Assembly (NCBI GenBank): GCA_045654805.1
Contig: JAZOOD010000060.1
Span: forward strand, 10,491-74,490
Source: Clostridia bacterium
GTDB taxonomy: Bacteria; Bacillota; Clostridia; Monoglobales; Firm-18
Direction of reading: 5' to 3'
Length of the DNA: 64,000 nt
This document shows positions 20,552 to 30,825 of this stretch, one piece after another; within the stretch, counting starts at the first letter, position 1; each line of letters starts with the position of its first letter. The position numbers were made by a program, and so were the translations under genes. The notes under the pieces were generated by a model. It saw only the letters and a list, made by a program, of their open reading frames with translations, was not told the origin of the DNA and did no database searches.

Positions 20552-20580
20552 ATTATACTACATATATTTTCATTTGTAAA
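20552..20580 (-). promoter_or_regulatory. Sigma-A type promoter of rpsO (overlaps the ribF 3' end)
   Basis: On the minus strand, TTTACA (20580-20575), a 17-nt spacer, then TATAAT (20557-20552). Confidence 0.55.
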
Positions 20581-21469
20581 TACTTTTTTCAAAAATTTTT
20601 AAAGTTTTATTTTTATCAATAATCAGCTGGCTTTTCAAGGCATCTGCCGACTCAAAGGTCATTATATCCCTTAACTTTTCAACAAAAGATATTGAAATCC
20701 TTTGTCCATACAAATCACCATTAAAATCAAAAAGATTTGTTTCCAATAAAATCCTGTTGTCATTAAATGTGGGCTTCCCGCCGTAATTAGTTATAGACGG
20801 ATACATTTTTTCATCATATTCGGTTATTGTAGCATACACACCTTCAAGAGGCATAATTCGGTTTTCGTCAACACAGATATTTGCGGTAGGAAAGCCTATT
20901 GTACGTCCTATGGCATTACCATACTCCACTGTACCGCTTACAGAAAAGTCGTAGCCAAGCATCTTTTTAGCCATTTTGAAATTGTTTTCCTCAATATATC
21001 CCCTGATTTTTGTACTGCTGACAATTTCGTCATCCTGGTAAACAGGAGGCACAATATCAAAAACAATTCCTTTTTCTCCACAGTATTCCTCTAAAATTTT
21101 TGTATTTCCTTCTCTTCCTTTTCCAAAGCGGAAATTAAACCCAACGGATATATACTTTGCAGTACTTATAAAAGTATCCAGAAAATTACGTGCGGACATT
21201 CCTTTAAAATCACCATCAAAACGCTGAATATAAAGATAATCAACACCTAATTCTTCAAAAATTTTGATACGTTGCTCCCAATCCGTAATATATCTTGCTC
21301 CAGACGGCAATACATCAAAAGTATATATACAGGCACTGCAATTATTATCTTTTGAATACGAAACAATATTTTCAATTAATTTTCTATGCCCTGTATGAAC
21401 ACCGTCAAATGCCCCGAGAGCAATAGCAAGTCCTTGCGGCAGAACCTCATTATTATTTAAAATCTTCAT
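20570..21469 (-). CDS. ribF: Bifunctional riboflavin kinase / FAD synthetase
   Basis: 299 aa with N-terminal FMN adenylyltransferase (GAFDGVHTGH) and a C-terminal riboflavin kinase domain. Confidence 0.93.
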   Translation of the reverse strand: MKILNNNEVLPQGLAIALGAFDGVHTGHRKLIENIVSYSKDNNCSACIYTFDVLPSGARYITDWEQRIKIFEELGVDYLYIQRFDGDFKGMSARNFLDTFISTAKYISVGFNFRFGKGREGNTKILEEYCGEKGIVFDIVPPVYQDDEIVSSTKIRGYIEENNFKMAKKMLGYDFSVSGTVEYGNAIGRTIGFPTANICVDENRIMPLEGVYATITEYDEKMYPSITNYGGKPTFNDNRILLETNLFDFNGDLYGQRISISFVEKLRDIMTFESADALKSQLIIDKNKTLKIFEKSIYK

Positions 21470-22332
21470 TAAAATTCACCAACATAAAACATTTTGACAA
21501 CCTTAAGCATACCATCATCCATACGTGAAAGACATAAAAATCTGTCTTCGTCGTCATATACTTTATATTCTACACCCTCTGTACCATTATACGGAATTGC
21601 ATTTCCATTCAAAACCTTGCTTAAAATATCACCGGTTACAGTGATTTTATCACAATCAAACAATTCATCAGGTGAAATAACATAATTCGCATAATTTTCA
21701 GATGTCAAGTCTTCTAACTTTACAGAATTACCAATTTCAAATACAGAACTTTGAGTACGTATAAGCTTTGTCATAGCTGCACCGCAACCAAGCACTTGTC
21801 CTATATCGTTACCCAATGTTCGGATATATGTACCCTTTGAGCATTTTACATCTATGGTAAAGTATTTATCCTTTACATCAAGTATATTTATTTCATATAT
21901 TTCAACATCACGAGGCTTACGTTCTATCTCTATTCCCTTGCGTGCAAGGTCACATAATTTTCTTCCACCAACCTTGATTGCAGAATACATAGGCGGAATC
22001 TGTTGTATTTTACCCTCAAAGCTTTTAATAGCCTGTATAATCTGCTCTTCGGAAACATTTACAGGGTGTTCTTTCAAAACTTCCCCGCTTATATCAAGAG
22101 TATCGGTTGTGACACCAAGCATAAATGTTGCGGTATATCTTTTATCCGACACCGTGAGCATATCAGCAACCTTAGTTCCCCTGTTTATACATATAGGCAA
22201 AACGCCTTCTGCATCAGGGTCGAGAGTTCCGGTGTGTCCCACCTTTTTTGTACCAACAATTCTGCGTACTCTGTTTACTACATCGTGAGAGGTCATTCCC
22301 GCAGGCTTGTAGATATTAATTATTCCATCCAT
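21469..22332 (-). CDS. truB: tRNA pseudouridine(55) synthase
   Basis: 287 aa starting MDGIINIYKPAGMTSHDVV, with ...GHTGTLDP. Confidence 0.95.
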   Translation of the reverse strand: MDGIINIYKPAGMTSHDVVNRVRRIVGTKKVGHTGTLDPDAEGVLPICINRGTKVADMLTVSDKRYTATFMLGVTTDTLDISGEVLKEHPVNVSEEQIIQAIKSFEGKIQQIPPMYSAIKVGGRKLCDLARKGIEIERKPRDVEIYEINILDVKDKYFTIDVKCSKGTYIRTLGNDIGQVLGCGAAMTKLIRTQSSVFEIGNSVKLEDLTSENYANYVISPDELFDCDKITVTGDILSKVLNGNAIPYNGTEGVEYKVYDDEDRFLCLSRMDDGMLKVVKMFYVGEF

Positions 22333-22335
22333 AAG

Positions 22336-23301
22336 CTATCTGATTCTGACCTCCAGTTTTATTCTTCTCTCAGTTTCGGTAATTAGTTTCCTCTTTACTT
22401 CCTCAAGACTACCCTTTACAGTACAGCCTGCAGCCCTTTCGTGACCACCACCGCCGAACTGCTGTGCAAGCTTAGCCGCATCAACAAGCTGAGAACGTAT
22501 ACTTACCTTTACAGTTTCACTATCAATTTCACGAAAACTCATAGAAACTATAGCACTTTCCAAAGAACGCGGGATATTAACAAGGCTACCTGCATCATCT
22601 TCTGTTGCTTTTAATCTTTTCATCTGCTTTTCCGTTATAGAAACAACAGCAATTCTGTCTTCATAGTAAGTTTCCATGGAATTGTAGGCAAGCCTTATAA
22701 GCTCTATTCTCTTTTTGCTGTTCATTTCAAAGAGATAGCTGTTAATAAAGGCATTATTTATGCCATACTGCAAAAGCTGTGCAGCAATGCTGTGAGTATG
22801 AGGCTTTGTATTGGAATATGCAAAGCCCCCGGTATCAGACACTATTGCAACATAGAGATTATTTACAATCTGTGTTGTAAGCTTTATGTTCATAAACTGT
22901 GCAAGTTCATATATAATCTCTCCTGTAGCTGCAGCCTCCGGATTAATATAATTATAAACTCCATATTTGTCATTGGTAATATGATGGTCTATATTAATTG
23001 TTTTTTCGCAGGAATCAAATGCCCTTACCCTTGTTCCCATACGTTGTTTATCTGCACAGTCTACTGAAATAACAAGGTCAGGTATAAAAGCATCGTTTTT
23101 ACATTCAACACCATCCAGTATTCTCAGTATTCTGTGCTCATAATCTCTTTCATCCAATATTACATCAGCTTTTTTTCCAAGCTCCTCAAGCATAAGCTTA
23201 AGTGCATAGCTTGACCCCAGGCAATCGCCATCAGCACTATAATGAGGAATAATGAGAATATTATCACTGCTTTTTATAGCATTACATATATCTGTAAACA
23301 T
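22336..23301 (-). CDS. nrnA: DHH/DHHA1 phosphoesterase (NrnA-like)
   Basis: 321 aa with the DHH motif (NIDHHITN) and GGGGH in the DHHA1 part. Conserved position between rbfA and truB. Confidence 0.85.
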   Translation of the reverse strand: MFTDICNAIKSSDNILIIPHYSADGDCLGSSYALKLMLEELGKKADVILDERDYEHRILRILDGVECKNDAFIPDLVISVDCADKQRMGTRVRAFDSCEKTINIDHHITNDKYGVYNYINPEAAATGEIIYELAQFMNIKLTTQIVNNLYVAIVSDTGGFAYSNTKPHTHSIAAQLLQYGINNAFINSYLFEMNSKKRIELIRLAYNSMETYYEDRIAVVSITEKQMKRLKATEDDAGSLVNIPRSLESAIVSMSFREIDSETVKVSIRSQLVDAAKLAQQFGGGGHERAAGCTVKGSLEEVKRKLITETERRIKLEVRIR

Positions 23302-23324
23302 TACACCATTCCCTTCTGCACAAA

Positions 23325-23666
23325 TTATTTGTTCATATCATTAAGCAACTTACTGATATGTGCGCCATGTTCAATGGAATTATCCAAGGTGAACAAAATT
23401 TCAGGTGTATATCTTAGGCCAAGTCTATGTGCAAGCTCCTTACGTACAAAGCCTGATGCATTTTTCAGTCCCTCGATTGCACCATTTTGTACAGCTTCGT
23501 CACCAAAAACGCTGACATATACCTTGCACCAACGCAAGTCCTTGGTTATATCAACAGACACAACACTGCAAAGCCCCTTTGTTACCCTTGGGTCTTTCAG
23601 TTCACGGATAATCGAGCTAATTTCCTTACGTGCCTCTTCATTTATTCTATCAATTCTATTTGCCAC
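23325..23666 (-). CDS. rbfA: Ribosome-binding factor A
   Basis: 113 aa with GTG start after AAGGGGGAA. Contains ...EISSIIRELKDPRV...VDITKDLRWCKVYVS. Confidence 0.93.
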   Translation of the reverse strand: MANRIDRINEEARKEISSIIRELKDPRVTKGLCSVVSVDITKDLRWCKVYVSVFGDEAVQNGAIEGLKNASGFVRKELAHRLGLRYTPEILFTLDNSIEHGAHISKLLNDMNK

Positions 23667-23678
23667 TACAATTCCCCC

Positions 23679-25937
23679 TTATCTTGGGATTTCCTCCATA
23701 ACGAAGCATTCAATTACGTCGCCTTCTTTAATATCGTTAAATCTTTCAATACCGATACCGCATTCGTAACCTGTAGGTACTTCCTTGGCATCGTCTTTAA
23801 ATCTCTTAAGTGAGTTCATTGTTCCCTCGTGTACTACGATACCGTCACGAACGATACGAACCTCACAGTTTCTTACAATCTTACCGTCTGTAACATAGCA
23901 TCCGCCGATAGTACCAACGCCGGAAATTTTGTATGTCTGACGGATTTCCGCATGACCGATAACACTTTCCTTAAATGTAGGTTCAAGCATACCCTTCATA
24001 GCTGCTTCAATTTCTTCAATAGCCTGATAAATAATTCTGTATAGTCTGATTTCAACATTCTGGCGTTCTGCAGACTCCATAGTAGCCGCAGACGGTCTTA
24101 CGTTAAATCCGACAATAATAGCATTTGAAGCAGAAGCAAGCATAATATCAGACTCACTGATTGTACCTGCACCGCCGTGGATAATATTTATTCTTACCTC
24201 ATCATTTGAAAGCTTAAGCAATGATTGCTTGATAGCTTCCACAGAGCCCATAACGTCAGCTTTTATAATAATATTAAGGTCCTTAATCTGACCCTGTTCA
24301 ATCTGTGTAAACAAAGCATCCAGTGATACAACCTGCTGAGTTGACTTGTTGTATTCGTCTTTAATCTTCTGTTTTCTCTGTTCTACAACTGCACGTGCCT
24401 TCTTTTCGTCAGTTACTGCGTAGAACAAGTCACCGCCTTCAGGAACTTCGCTAAGACCAAGGATTTCAACAGGCATACTCGGACCTGCTGCCTTAATTCT
24501 TCTTCCGCTATCATCTACCATAGCACGTACCTTACCTACTGCTGTACCTGCAACTACGATATCACCGACATTTAAGGTACCATTTTGTACCAATACAGTT
24601 GAAACAGGACCTCTGCCCTTGTCAAGCTTGGCTTCGATAACAGTACCCTTTGCCATTCTGTCAGGGTTAGCTTTAAGCTCCTTCATATCAGCAACTAAAA
24701 GCACCATTTCAAGCAATGTATCTATATTATCACCGCGAAGAGCTGAAATAGGTACACAAATTGTATCTCCACCCCATTCTTCGGGAACAAGACCGTGCTC
24801 TGTAAGCTGTTGCTTAACAAGGTCAGGATTAGCTGTTTCTTTATCAATTTTATTGATTGCAACAATAATGCTGACATTAGCTGCCTTCGCGTGGTTAATA
24901 GCCTCGATAGTCTGTGGCATAATACCATCATCTGCGGCAACAACCAAAATTGCAACATCAGTAACCTGTGCACCTCGCATACGCATAGCGGTAAATGCTT
25001 CGTGCCCCGGTGTATCAAGGAATGTAATATCCCTGTCGTTAATGTGTACTCTGTAAGCACCAATATGCTGTGTAATACCGCCCGCTTCTGTATCTATAAC
25101 GTGAGTACGTCTTATATAGTCAAGAGTCTTAGTCTTACCGTGGTCTACATGACCCATAATAACAACAACCGGCGGACGTGGTTGCAAGCTTTCTTCGTCG
25201 TCTTCAACGTCATTGAAAAGAATATCCTCATCTGTGACGATAACTTCCTTTTCAACAGTTGCGTTAAATTCCGATGCGATAAGTGAAGCAGTATCAAAAT
25301 CGATAAGCTGGCTTACAGATGCCATAATACCTAACATCATCAGGCATTTAACAACTTCGTTAGCAGGCTTACCCAATTTTTCAGCAAATTCGCCTACTGC
25401 AATTTCGTCGCCCATATATACAACAACATTTTCGGCAACTTCTTCCTTTTCTTTCTTTTCCTTAACAAGCTTTTCATTTTTATTTTCTATTTTATTGCTT
25501 GTTTTATTCTTTTTAATCTTCTGTTTTTTAGTTGTCTTGTTTGTATCTATGTTCTGAGGAACAAGCTCCTCAATTTTTTCAGTATCAAATTTTTCAAGGT
25601 CAACACTTACAGTTCTTGTATCAACATATCTTGATTTTTTCTGTATAGGTGTGTCATCGATAATTTCTTCAACACTTTCTTCCTGCTTCTCAACATTTTC
25701 GGATTTTTTAGCAGGTTTCTTCTTTTCGGGTTCGTTCTCTATATTTGCAAAGCCAAAATCTTCAACCTGATACTTTTGTGTAAAGTGTTCAAAAACAACG
25801 TCAAGCTCGTTTGATTCTATTGAGCTCTGGGCACTTTTTGCCTTGCTGCCGAAAGCCTGCAAAAGTTCCAGTACCTCATTTTTATCAACACCCAAATCCT
25901 TAGCTACGGCACTAATTTTTATTTTAACAGCTGCCAT
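23679..25937 (-). CDS. infB: Translation initiation factor IF-2
   Basis: 752 aa with a Lys/Glu-rich N-terminus and a GTPase core ([17 protein letters not shown]). Confidence 0.98.
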   Translation of the reverse strand: MAAVKIKISAVAKDLGVDKNEVLELLQAFGSKAKSAQSSIESNELDVVFEHFTQKYQVEDFGFANIENEPEKKKPAKKSENVEKQEESVEEIIDDTPIQKKSRYVDTRTVSVDLEKFDTEKIEELVPQNIDTNKTTKKQKIKKNKTSNKIENKNEKLVKEKKEKEEVAENVVVYMGDEIAVGEFAEKLGKPANEVVKCLMMLGIMASVSQLIDFDTASLIASEFNATVEKEVIVTDEDILFNDVEDDEESLQPRPPVVVIMGHVDHGKTKTLDYIRRTHVIDTEAGGITQHIGAYRVHINDRDITFLDTPGHEAFTAMRMRGAQVTDVAILVVAADDGIMPQTIEAINHAKAANVSIIVAINKIDKETANPDLVKQQLTEHGLVPEEWGGDTICVPISALRGDNIDTLLEMVLLVADMKELKANPDRMAKGTVIEAKLDKGRGPVSTVLVQNGTLNVGDIVVAGTAVGKVRAMVDDSGRRIKAAGPSMPVEILGLSEVPEGGDLFYAVTDEKKARAVVEQRKQKIKDEYNKSTQQVVSLDALFTQIEQGQIKDLNIIIKADVMGSVEAIKQSLLKLSNDEVRINIIHGGAGTISESDIMLASASNAIIVGFNVRPSAATMESAERQNVEIRLYRIIYQAIEEIEAAMKGMLEPTFKESVIGHAEIRQTYKISGVGTIGGCYVTDGKIVRNCEVRIVRDGIVVHEGTMNSLKRFKDDAKEVPTGYECGIGIERFNDIKEGDVIECFVMEEIPR

Positions 25938-26259
25938 TTTCAGCCACCTCCGTCAAATTACTGTATTTGTTTTTTATAGACTGTGCAAACCCTCTATCTG
26001 TTATTGCAACAGCCACACAATTATCTACTCCTATGGATTTTCCTATATCATCACAATTGCCATAAAAAATATAATCTGTATTATATGATTTACATTTATC
26101 GGATATGCGTTTTTTAGTTCCTAAAGAGGCATCCTCCGATATTACAACAAGATGCGCTTCACCGTTCTTAATCCTTGCAATTACTGCGTCTGTACCGCTT
26201 GTAGCCTTACCGGCACGCTTTGCAAGTCCTAACATCCTGTACACTTTATTGTTTATCAA
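25924..26259 (-). CDS. ylxQ: L7Ae-family RNA-binding protein YlxQ
   Basis: 111 aa with ...[36 protein letters not shown]... Conserved position between ylxR and infB. The 3' end overlaps the infB start by 14 nt. Confidence 0.85.
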   Translation of the reverse strand: MINNKVYRMLGLAKRAGKATSGTDAVIARIKNGEAHLVVISEDASLGTKKRISDKCKSYNTDYIFYGNCDDIGKSIGVDNCVAVAITDRGFAQSIKNKYSNLTEVAENGSC

Positions 26260-26536
26260 TATTTATGCACTCCTCATAAACTTCAGCAGACACATTGGTT
26301 TTAAGTCCCCGCTCAAGTCCTCTTACCTTTTGTGCCTTTTCTATACATTCAACATTATTGCAAACGTATGAGCCTCTGCCAGGTCTGTTGCCATCATAAT
26401 CCACGCCTACAACACCGTCGGAATAAAAAATCCTTATCATTTCGGATTTTGGTCTTACACTCCTGCAGGCAACGCACATTCTTTGGGGAACGTATCTGCC
26501 GTCAACATATATCTTTTTATGCTTCATCCTCTTCAT
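26246..26536 (-). CDS. ylxR: YlxR (DUF448) RNA-binding protein
   Basis: 96 aa with ...PQRMCVACRSVRPKSEMIRI...GRGSYVC... The exact start is uncertain because there are several in-frame Met codons. Confidence 0.85.
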   Translation of the reverse strand: MKRMKHKKIYVDGRYVPQRMCVACRSVRPKSEMIRIFYSDGVVGVDYDGNRPGRGSYVCNNVECIEKAQKVRGLERGLKTNVSAEVYEECINIDKQ

Positions 26537-27563
26537 CGCCCTCAGCTTTAATAATATCTATCTTCCAACCTGTGAGCTTAGCCGCAAGTCTTACATTCTG
26601 ACCTTCCTTACCGATTGCAAGTGAGAGTTGACTTGGTGAAACCGTAATTGTGCAAACTTTTTCTTCCTCATTTATCTTATAATCAAGCACCTTTGTAGGA
26701 GCTAAAGCAGCTGATACAAATTCACCGGGATTTTCACTATATTTTATAATATCGATTTTTTCGCCCATAAGTTCATCAACTATTGTCTGAACTCTTGCCC
26801 CCTTAGGGCCTACACAAGCACCAATGGGGTCAACGTTAGGGTCATTTGCCCATACGGCAATTTTACTTCTGGAGCCCGCTTCTCTTGCAACGGCCTTAAT
26901 TTCAACAACGCCGCTTGTGATTTCAGGAACCTCAAGTTCAAACAATTTCTTAACCAATCCGCTGTGTGTTCTTGAAATAATAACCTGCGGTCCCTTGGAC
27001 AATCTCTGTACATCTACAACATAAAGCTTTAATCTTTGTCCGGGTGTATAGTCGTCAGCCTCAACCTGTTCCTGTGGCATAAGCATTGCATCAGAATTTC
27101 CGATTCTTAGCATAACACTTTTCTTTTCAACCCGTTGTACCACACCTGATACAACATCATTAACTTTGTCGGCAAACTGATTATAGAACATTCCCCTTTC
27201 AGCTTCCCTGATACGCTGTGTAACAACCTGTCTTGCAGTTTGCGCAGCAATACGACCGAAAGTACGTGGTGCAGTAGGTATCTCAACAACATCACCCACT
27301 TGGTATTTAGGGTCAATTTTTGATGCTTCCTCAAGTGAAATCTGAATATCCTCGTCCTCAACCTCATCAACTACTGTCTTTTTAAGGCAAACATTCATAC
27401 CGCCGCTTGTTCTGTTAATTTCAACCCTTACATCAAGGTTTGCACCATAATTTCTCTTGTATGCGGAAACTAAAGCAGTTTCAAGGGCATCAATAAGTAT
27501 TTCCCGGCTGATTCCTTTTTCCTTTTCAAATTCTTCTAATAAAGTGATAAAATCTTCATTCAT
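26517..27563 (-). CDS. nusA: Transcription termination/antitermination factor NusA
   Basis: About 348 aa starting MNEDFITLLEEFEKEKGISREIL, with S1 and two KH domains. The start is ambiguous between the ATG at 27563 and the TTG at 27572. Confidence 0.96.
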   Translation of the reverse strand: MNEDFITLLEEFEKEKGISREILIDALETALVSAYKRNYGANLDVRVEINRTSGGMNVCLKKTVVDEVEDEDIQISLEEASKIDPKYQVGDVVEIPTAPRTFGRIAAQTARQVVTQRIREAERGMFYNQFADKVNDVVSGVVQRVEKKSVMLRIGNSDAMLMPQEQVEADDYTPGQRLKLYVVDVQRLSKGPQVIISRTHSGLVKKLFELEVPEITSGVVEIKAVAREAGSRSKIAVWANDPNVDPIGACVGPKGARVQTIVDELMGEKIDIIKYSENPGEFVSAALAPTKVLDYKINEEEKVCTITVSPSQLSLAIGKEGQNVRLAAKLTGWKIDIIKAEGDEEDEA

Positions 27564-27586
27564 TTTTTCCAAAATCCTCCCAATTA

Positions 27587-28048
27587 TTAAAACTCAAACA
27601 TTATATTAGCTTTCGCAATATTTTTCTTATCAATCTGAAACTGTTTATCTGCTGTCTGCACTGTAATTTCATTACGGTCTGCTGATACAAGCTCTCCCTC
27701 TATCTCCTTTGTTCCGTCAATATCCTTGTAAAGTTTTATCCTCACATTTTCGCCCATGGCTGCTTCAAAATGTTCTTCCTGACGTAAGCTTCTTTCAATG
27801 CCCGGTGAAGAAACCTCTAAAAAGTAGTTTGTCTGGATACAATCCTTTTCGTCCATAATTGTACTAAGCGCACGGCTTATAGTTTCACAATCGTCAACAT
27901 TTACCCCTTCATCACGGTCAATAAACAATCTTAAAAACCAATGCGGACCTTCTTTGGCGTATTCTACATCATAAATTTCATAACCTTCAGCATTTACAAC
28001 AGGTAAAGCCAAATCATAAGTAAGCTTTTCTATTTTTGACAATATCAC
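27587..28048 (-). CDS. rimP: Ribosome maturation factor RimP
   Basis: About 153 aa. GTG at 28048 lies 8 nt after GGAGG; the track TTG at 28054 is too close to the RBS. Confidence 0.9.
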   Translation of the reverse strand: MILSKIEKLTYDLALPVVNAEGYEIYDVEYAKEGPHWFLRLFIDRDEGVNVDDCETISRALSTIMDEKDCIQTNYFLEVSSPGIERSLRQEEHFEAAMGENVRIKLYKDIDGTKEIEGELVSADRNEITVQTADKQFQIDKKNIAKANIMFEF

Positions 28049-28075
28049 CGTCAAAACCTCCTTTCAAAGCGTCTT

Positions 28076-28106
28076 AACAATAAACAAAGAGTGGGATAAC
28101 CCACTC
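28076..28106 (-). promoter_or_regulatory. Terminator-like hairpin inside the rimP-nusA 5' leader (candidate attenuator)
   Basis: On the minus strand, GAGTGGG-TTAT-CCCACTC followed by TTTGTTTATTGTT. It lies between the predicted promoter (28137-28165) and the rimP RBS. Confidence 0.6.
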
Positions 28107-28136
28107 CTCGTCAACAATTATTCCTATGCTTTCTAT

Positions 28137-28165
28137 ATATTAACACAATTTTTTACCAAAATCAA
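28137..28165 (-). promoter_or_regulatory. Sigma-A type promoter of the rimP-nusA-infB operon
   Basis: On the minus strand, TTGATT (28165-28160), a 17-nt spacer, then TAATAT (28142-28137). Confidence 0.65.
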
Positions 28166-28214
28166 GTACTTTTTTGCTATTTATTATAAAGTAAGTTAAT
28201 TTTATTTAAATTCA

Positions 28215-28243
28215 TTGACTATTTTATGTATTTGTAGTAAAAT
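28215..28243 (+). promoter_or_regulatory. Sigma-A type promoter of the HAD / LtaS-like / valS operon
   Basis: TTGACT (28215-28220), a 17-nt spacer, then TAAAAT (28238-28243). It is divergent from the rimP promoter. Confidence 0.7.
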
Positions 28244-28283
28244 AGTATGATGTAAAAATATAAAATTGTCAGGAGAAATTAAT

Positions 28284-28931
28284 GTGAAATTATATATATT
28301 CGACTTGGACGGAACTTTGGTAAATTCGTTGAATTCGATTGCCTATTTTTCAAACAAAGCTCTTTCCAAATTCGGTTACGACAGCATACCTACAGAAAGG
28401 TACAAGACACTCATTGGCAATGGTGCAGCAATACTGGTAGAAAGAATGCTTGCGGAAGTTGGTGCCGATGAGAAAATGTTCGAACAGGTGTATAAGGAAT
28501 ACACCACTACATACGATAATGATTTTATGTACCTTACCGAGCCTTATGATGGAATAATTGATTTATTAAAAGAACTGAAAAACCGTGGATATAAAACAGC
28601 TATTGTTTCCAACAAGCCTCACAGTACAACAAAAAAAATAAGTGACAAGCTCTTCGGTAATTTAATAGATGTATGCTACGGTAAAAGGGACGGATACCCT
28701 GTAAAGCCTGACCCTGCATCTGTTAATGAAATTATTGACAAGTTAAGGGTTGATAAAAAAGAATGTGTATACTGCGGTGACACCATCGTTGATATGCAAA
28801 CGGGGCAAAACGCCGAAATATATACAGTAGGTGTCCTTTGGGGGTTTAGGGATATTGAAGAAATAAAAAGCGGTAATCCTCAAATGATTGTGTCCCACCC
28901 TATGGATATTTTAAAAACATGTGACCTGTAA
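28284..28931 (+). CDS. HAD-superfamily phosphatase (phosphoglycolate phosphatase-like)
   Basis: Motif I is IFDLDGTLVNS. GTG at 28284 lies 7 nt after AGGAG; the track TTG at 28266 precedes the RBS. Confidence 0.85.
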   Translation: MKLYIFDLDGTLVNSLNSIAYFSNKALSKFGYDSIPTERYKTLIGNGAAILVERMLAEVGADEKMFEQVYKEYTTTYDNDFMYLTEPYDGIIDLLKELKNRGYKTAIVSNKPHSTTKKISDKLFGNLIDVCYGKRDGYPVKPDPASVNEIIDKLRVDKKECVYCGDTIVDMQTGQNAEIYTVGVLWGFRDIEEIKSGNPQMIVSHPMDILKTCDL

Positions 28932-28941
28932 GGAGTTTAAA

Positions 28942-30825
28942 ATGCAAAAGTTCAGGATTTTTTTAAAAAATACAGTTGCACAAATTAAATTATTTTTTGA
29001 TGATAAGGGAAATTTCAGTCTTACAAGGTCCCTGATGCTGTTACTTGTACTTTCGTTATGGACCATTGTATTCCAGGTTGTATCACAAGGCTTTAATATA
29101 CTGCAGCTTTACTTACCTATTTTATTTTTCAACATTATACCAATATTTTTGTTAATGTGTGCCCTTTATTTTATAATAGGCAAAATATCAATTTCATATA
29201 TAATTACAAACTTGTTGCTTTCAATACTTTTGATAATTAATCATTTTAAAATCAAGTTCAGGGATGAGCCTCTGAAAACAGCAGACTTTTCACTGAGTAA
29301 TGAAGCAACAAATATAGTGCAAAACTACGATTTGTCCATAGATTTTACCATTTTTGTAATTATACTGTTCTGCACAGTTTCATTCTGGTTTGTAATAAAA
29401 AAGATAAGAAACAAAAGACCGGGACCGGTTATTTCGTTGGCAGGCATTGTAATTACATTAGCACTTGCTATGCTTTCTAACTACTCTATTTACAGCAATA
29501 CAAGTATTTATGATAATCTGCTTTCAAGTTTGGGACTGTTTCATGAATCAACAATAGTTTCCAGCAAAGGGTTGGTATATTCTCTTGCAAATGATGCAAA
29601 TACCACAAAGTACAAAGAGCCTGAAGGTTATTCAAAAGCCAGAGTGGATGAAATACTAAGCCACTATGAAGCTCCTGAATTGCCCGAAAGCGCACCTAAT
29701 GTAATTGCAGTAATGTGTGAGGCATATACAGACATTCAGGATTGGAAAAATGTATCATTTACTGAAAACCCTTACAGATATGCTAACTATTTAAAGAAAA
29801 AAGGTTGCTACGGTTCCATATTTGTCCCGGGTTTTGCAGGAGCAACAGCAGCTACGGAATTTGAATTTTTAACAGGTAATAATACATCCGCAATAAGTAC
29901 TACAATGCCCACTGCATACAAGACGCTTATTAATCGGAACACATACTCCATAGCAAGAATTTTTAAAGACATGGGATATGAGGCGGTATCTATGCATCCC
30001 GGTTATCCTTGGTTTTACAACAGACAAAACGTATATCTGAGAATGGGGTTTGATTCCTTCACCTCAAGAGATGACCTGGAAGGCGAAGTACCTAATGTAA
30101 AAACATATGCACTTGATACTGTGGCGTCTGATATGATTATAAAGGATTATAACAGACATCTTGCCGAAAATCCTGATATAGGATATTTCAACTTTCTTGT
30201 AACAATACAAAATCATGGTCCGTACGACAATAATAAATTATATTATGAGGAAGAATATATATCAAAAGAGTCCGGGCTTACTGACGAGGAATACTATATA
30301 ATTAACAATTATCTGGGCGGTATAAAGGCTGCAAACGAATTTATGAAAACCATATATGAATATATAAATACACTTGATAAACCAACGGTATTTATAATAT
30401 TCGGTGACCATCTTCCATACCTGGATTCAGAGGAAAAAATATTTGAAAAATTGGGTTTAGATATAGTTTCCAACACATATGATGCATATGAAAACAGATA
30501 TTCAACGGATTATATCATTGTGGGAAATAAGTCATTCCTTAAAAACACCCGCCCACAAATAAGAGGACGTCAGGAATTGATATCTTCAAACTATCTTTCA
30601 GTAAAATTGTTACAATATATGAATATGGAGCTTACTCCATTCCATTCCTTCCTGTACGATATGATGCAATATGCTCCAATAATCAGCAAACAGCATAACG
30701 GAACATCAGAAGGTTTTGGTGAAGAACTTCCCGACGAATTTAATGAAATGTTCAAAAATTATAAAATTTTACAATATTACAACATTAAAGACTATGAAAT
30801 ACAACAAAAAGGAGAAAACCAATGA
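28942..30825 (+). CDS. LTA synthase family protein (membrane-anchored sulfatase-fold enzyme)
   Basis: Five N-terminal TM helices followed by an extracellular sulfatase-like domain ([18 protein letters not shown]). ATG at 28942 follows AAGGAG. Confidence 0.85.
   Translation: MQKFRIFLKNTVAQIKLFFDDKGNFSLTRSLMLLLVLSLWTIVFQVVSQGFNILQLYLPILFFNIIPIFLLMCALYFIIGKISISYIITNLLLSILLIINHFKIKFRDEPLKTADFSLSNEATNIVQNYDLSIDFTIFVIILFCTVSFWFVIKKIRNKRPGPVISLAGIVITLALAMLSNYSIYSNTSIYDNLLSSLGLFHESTIVSSKGLVYSLANDANTTKYKEPEGYSKARVDEILSHYEAPELPESAPNVIAVMCEAYTDIQDWKNVSFTENPYRYANYLKKKGCYGSIFVPGFAGATAATEFEFLTGNNTSAISTTMPTAYKTLINRNTYSIARIFKDMGYEAVSMHPGYPWFYNRQNVYLRMGFDSFTSRDDLEGEVPNVKTYALDTVASDMIIKDYNRHLAENPDIGYFNFLVTIQNHGPYDNNKLYYEEEYISKESGLTDEEYYIINNYLGGIKAANEFMKTIYEYINTLDKPTVFIIFGDHLPYLDSEEKIFEKLGLDIVSNTYDAYENRYSTDYIIVGNKSFLKNTRPQIRGRQELISSNYLSVKLLQYMNMELTPFHSFLYDMMQYAPIISKQHNGTSEGFGEELPDEFNEMFKNYKILQYYNIKDYEIQQKGENQ

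Noticed and set aside
21854-22386. 144-aa and 127-aa plus-strand ORFs
   Set aside because: They are antisense to truB and the nrnA 3' end, and show no coding signals.
23242-23769. 175-aa plus-strand ORF spanning nrnA/rbfA/infB
   Set aside because: It is antisense to three well-supported genes and crosses their intergenic gaps. Its Ser/Leu-rich product has no motifs.
24619-25557. Several plus- and minus-strand ORFs of 113-163 aa inside infB
   Set aside because: All overlap the IF-2 reading frame, which is the only frame with GTPase motifs. They are treated as spurious shadow ORFs.
28244-28283. T-box leader ahead of the valS operon (and ahead of alaS at 44658-44684)
   Set aside because: The distances between the promoters and the start codons are tens of nucleotides. 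There is no specifier loop, no AGAGA/GNUGGNA element and no T-box sequence.
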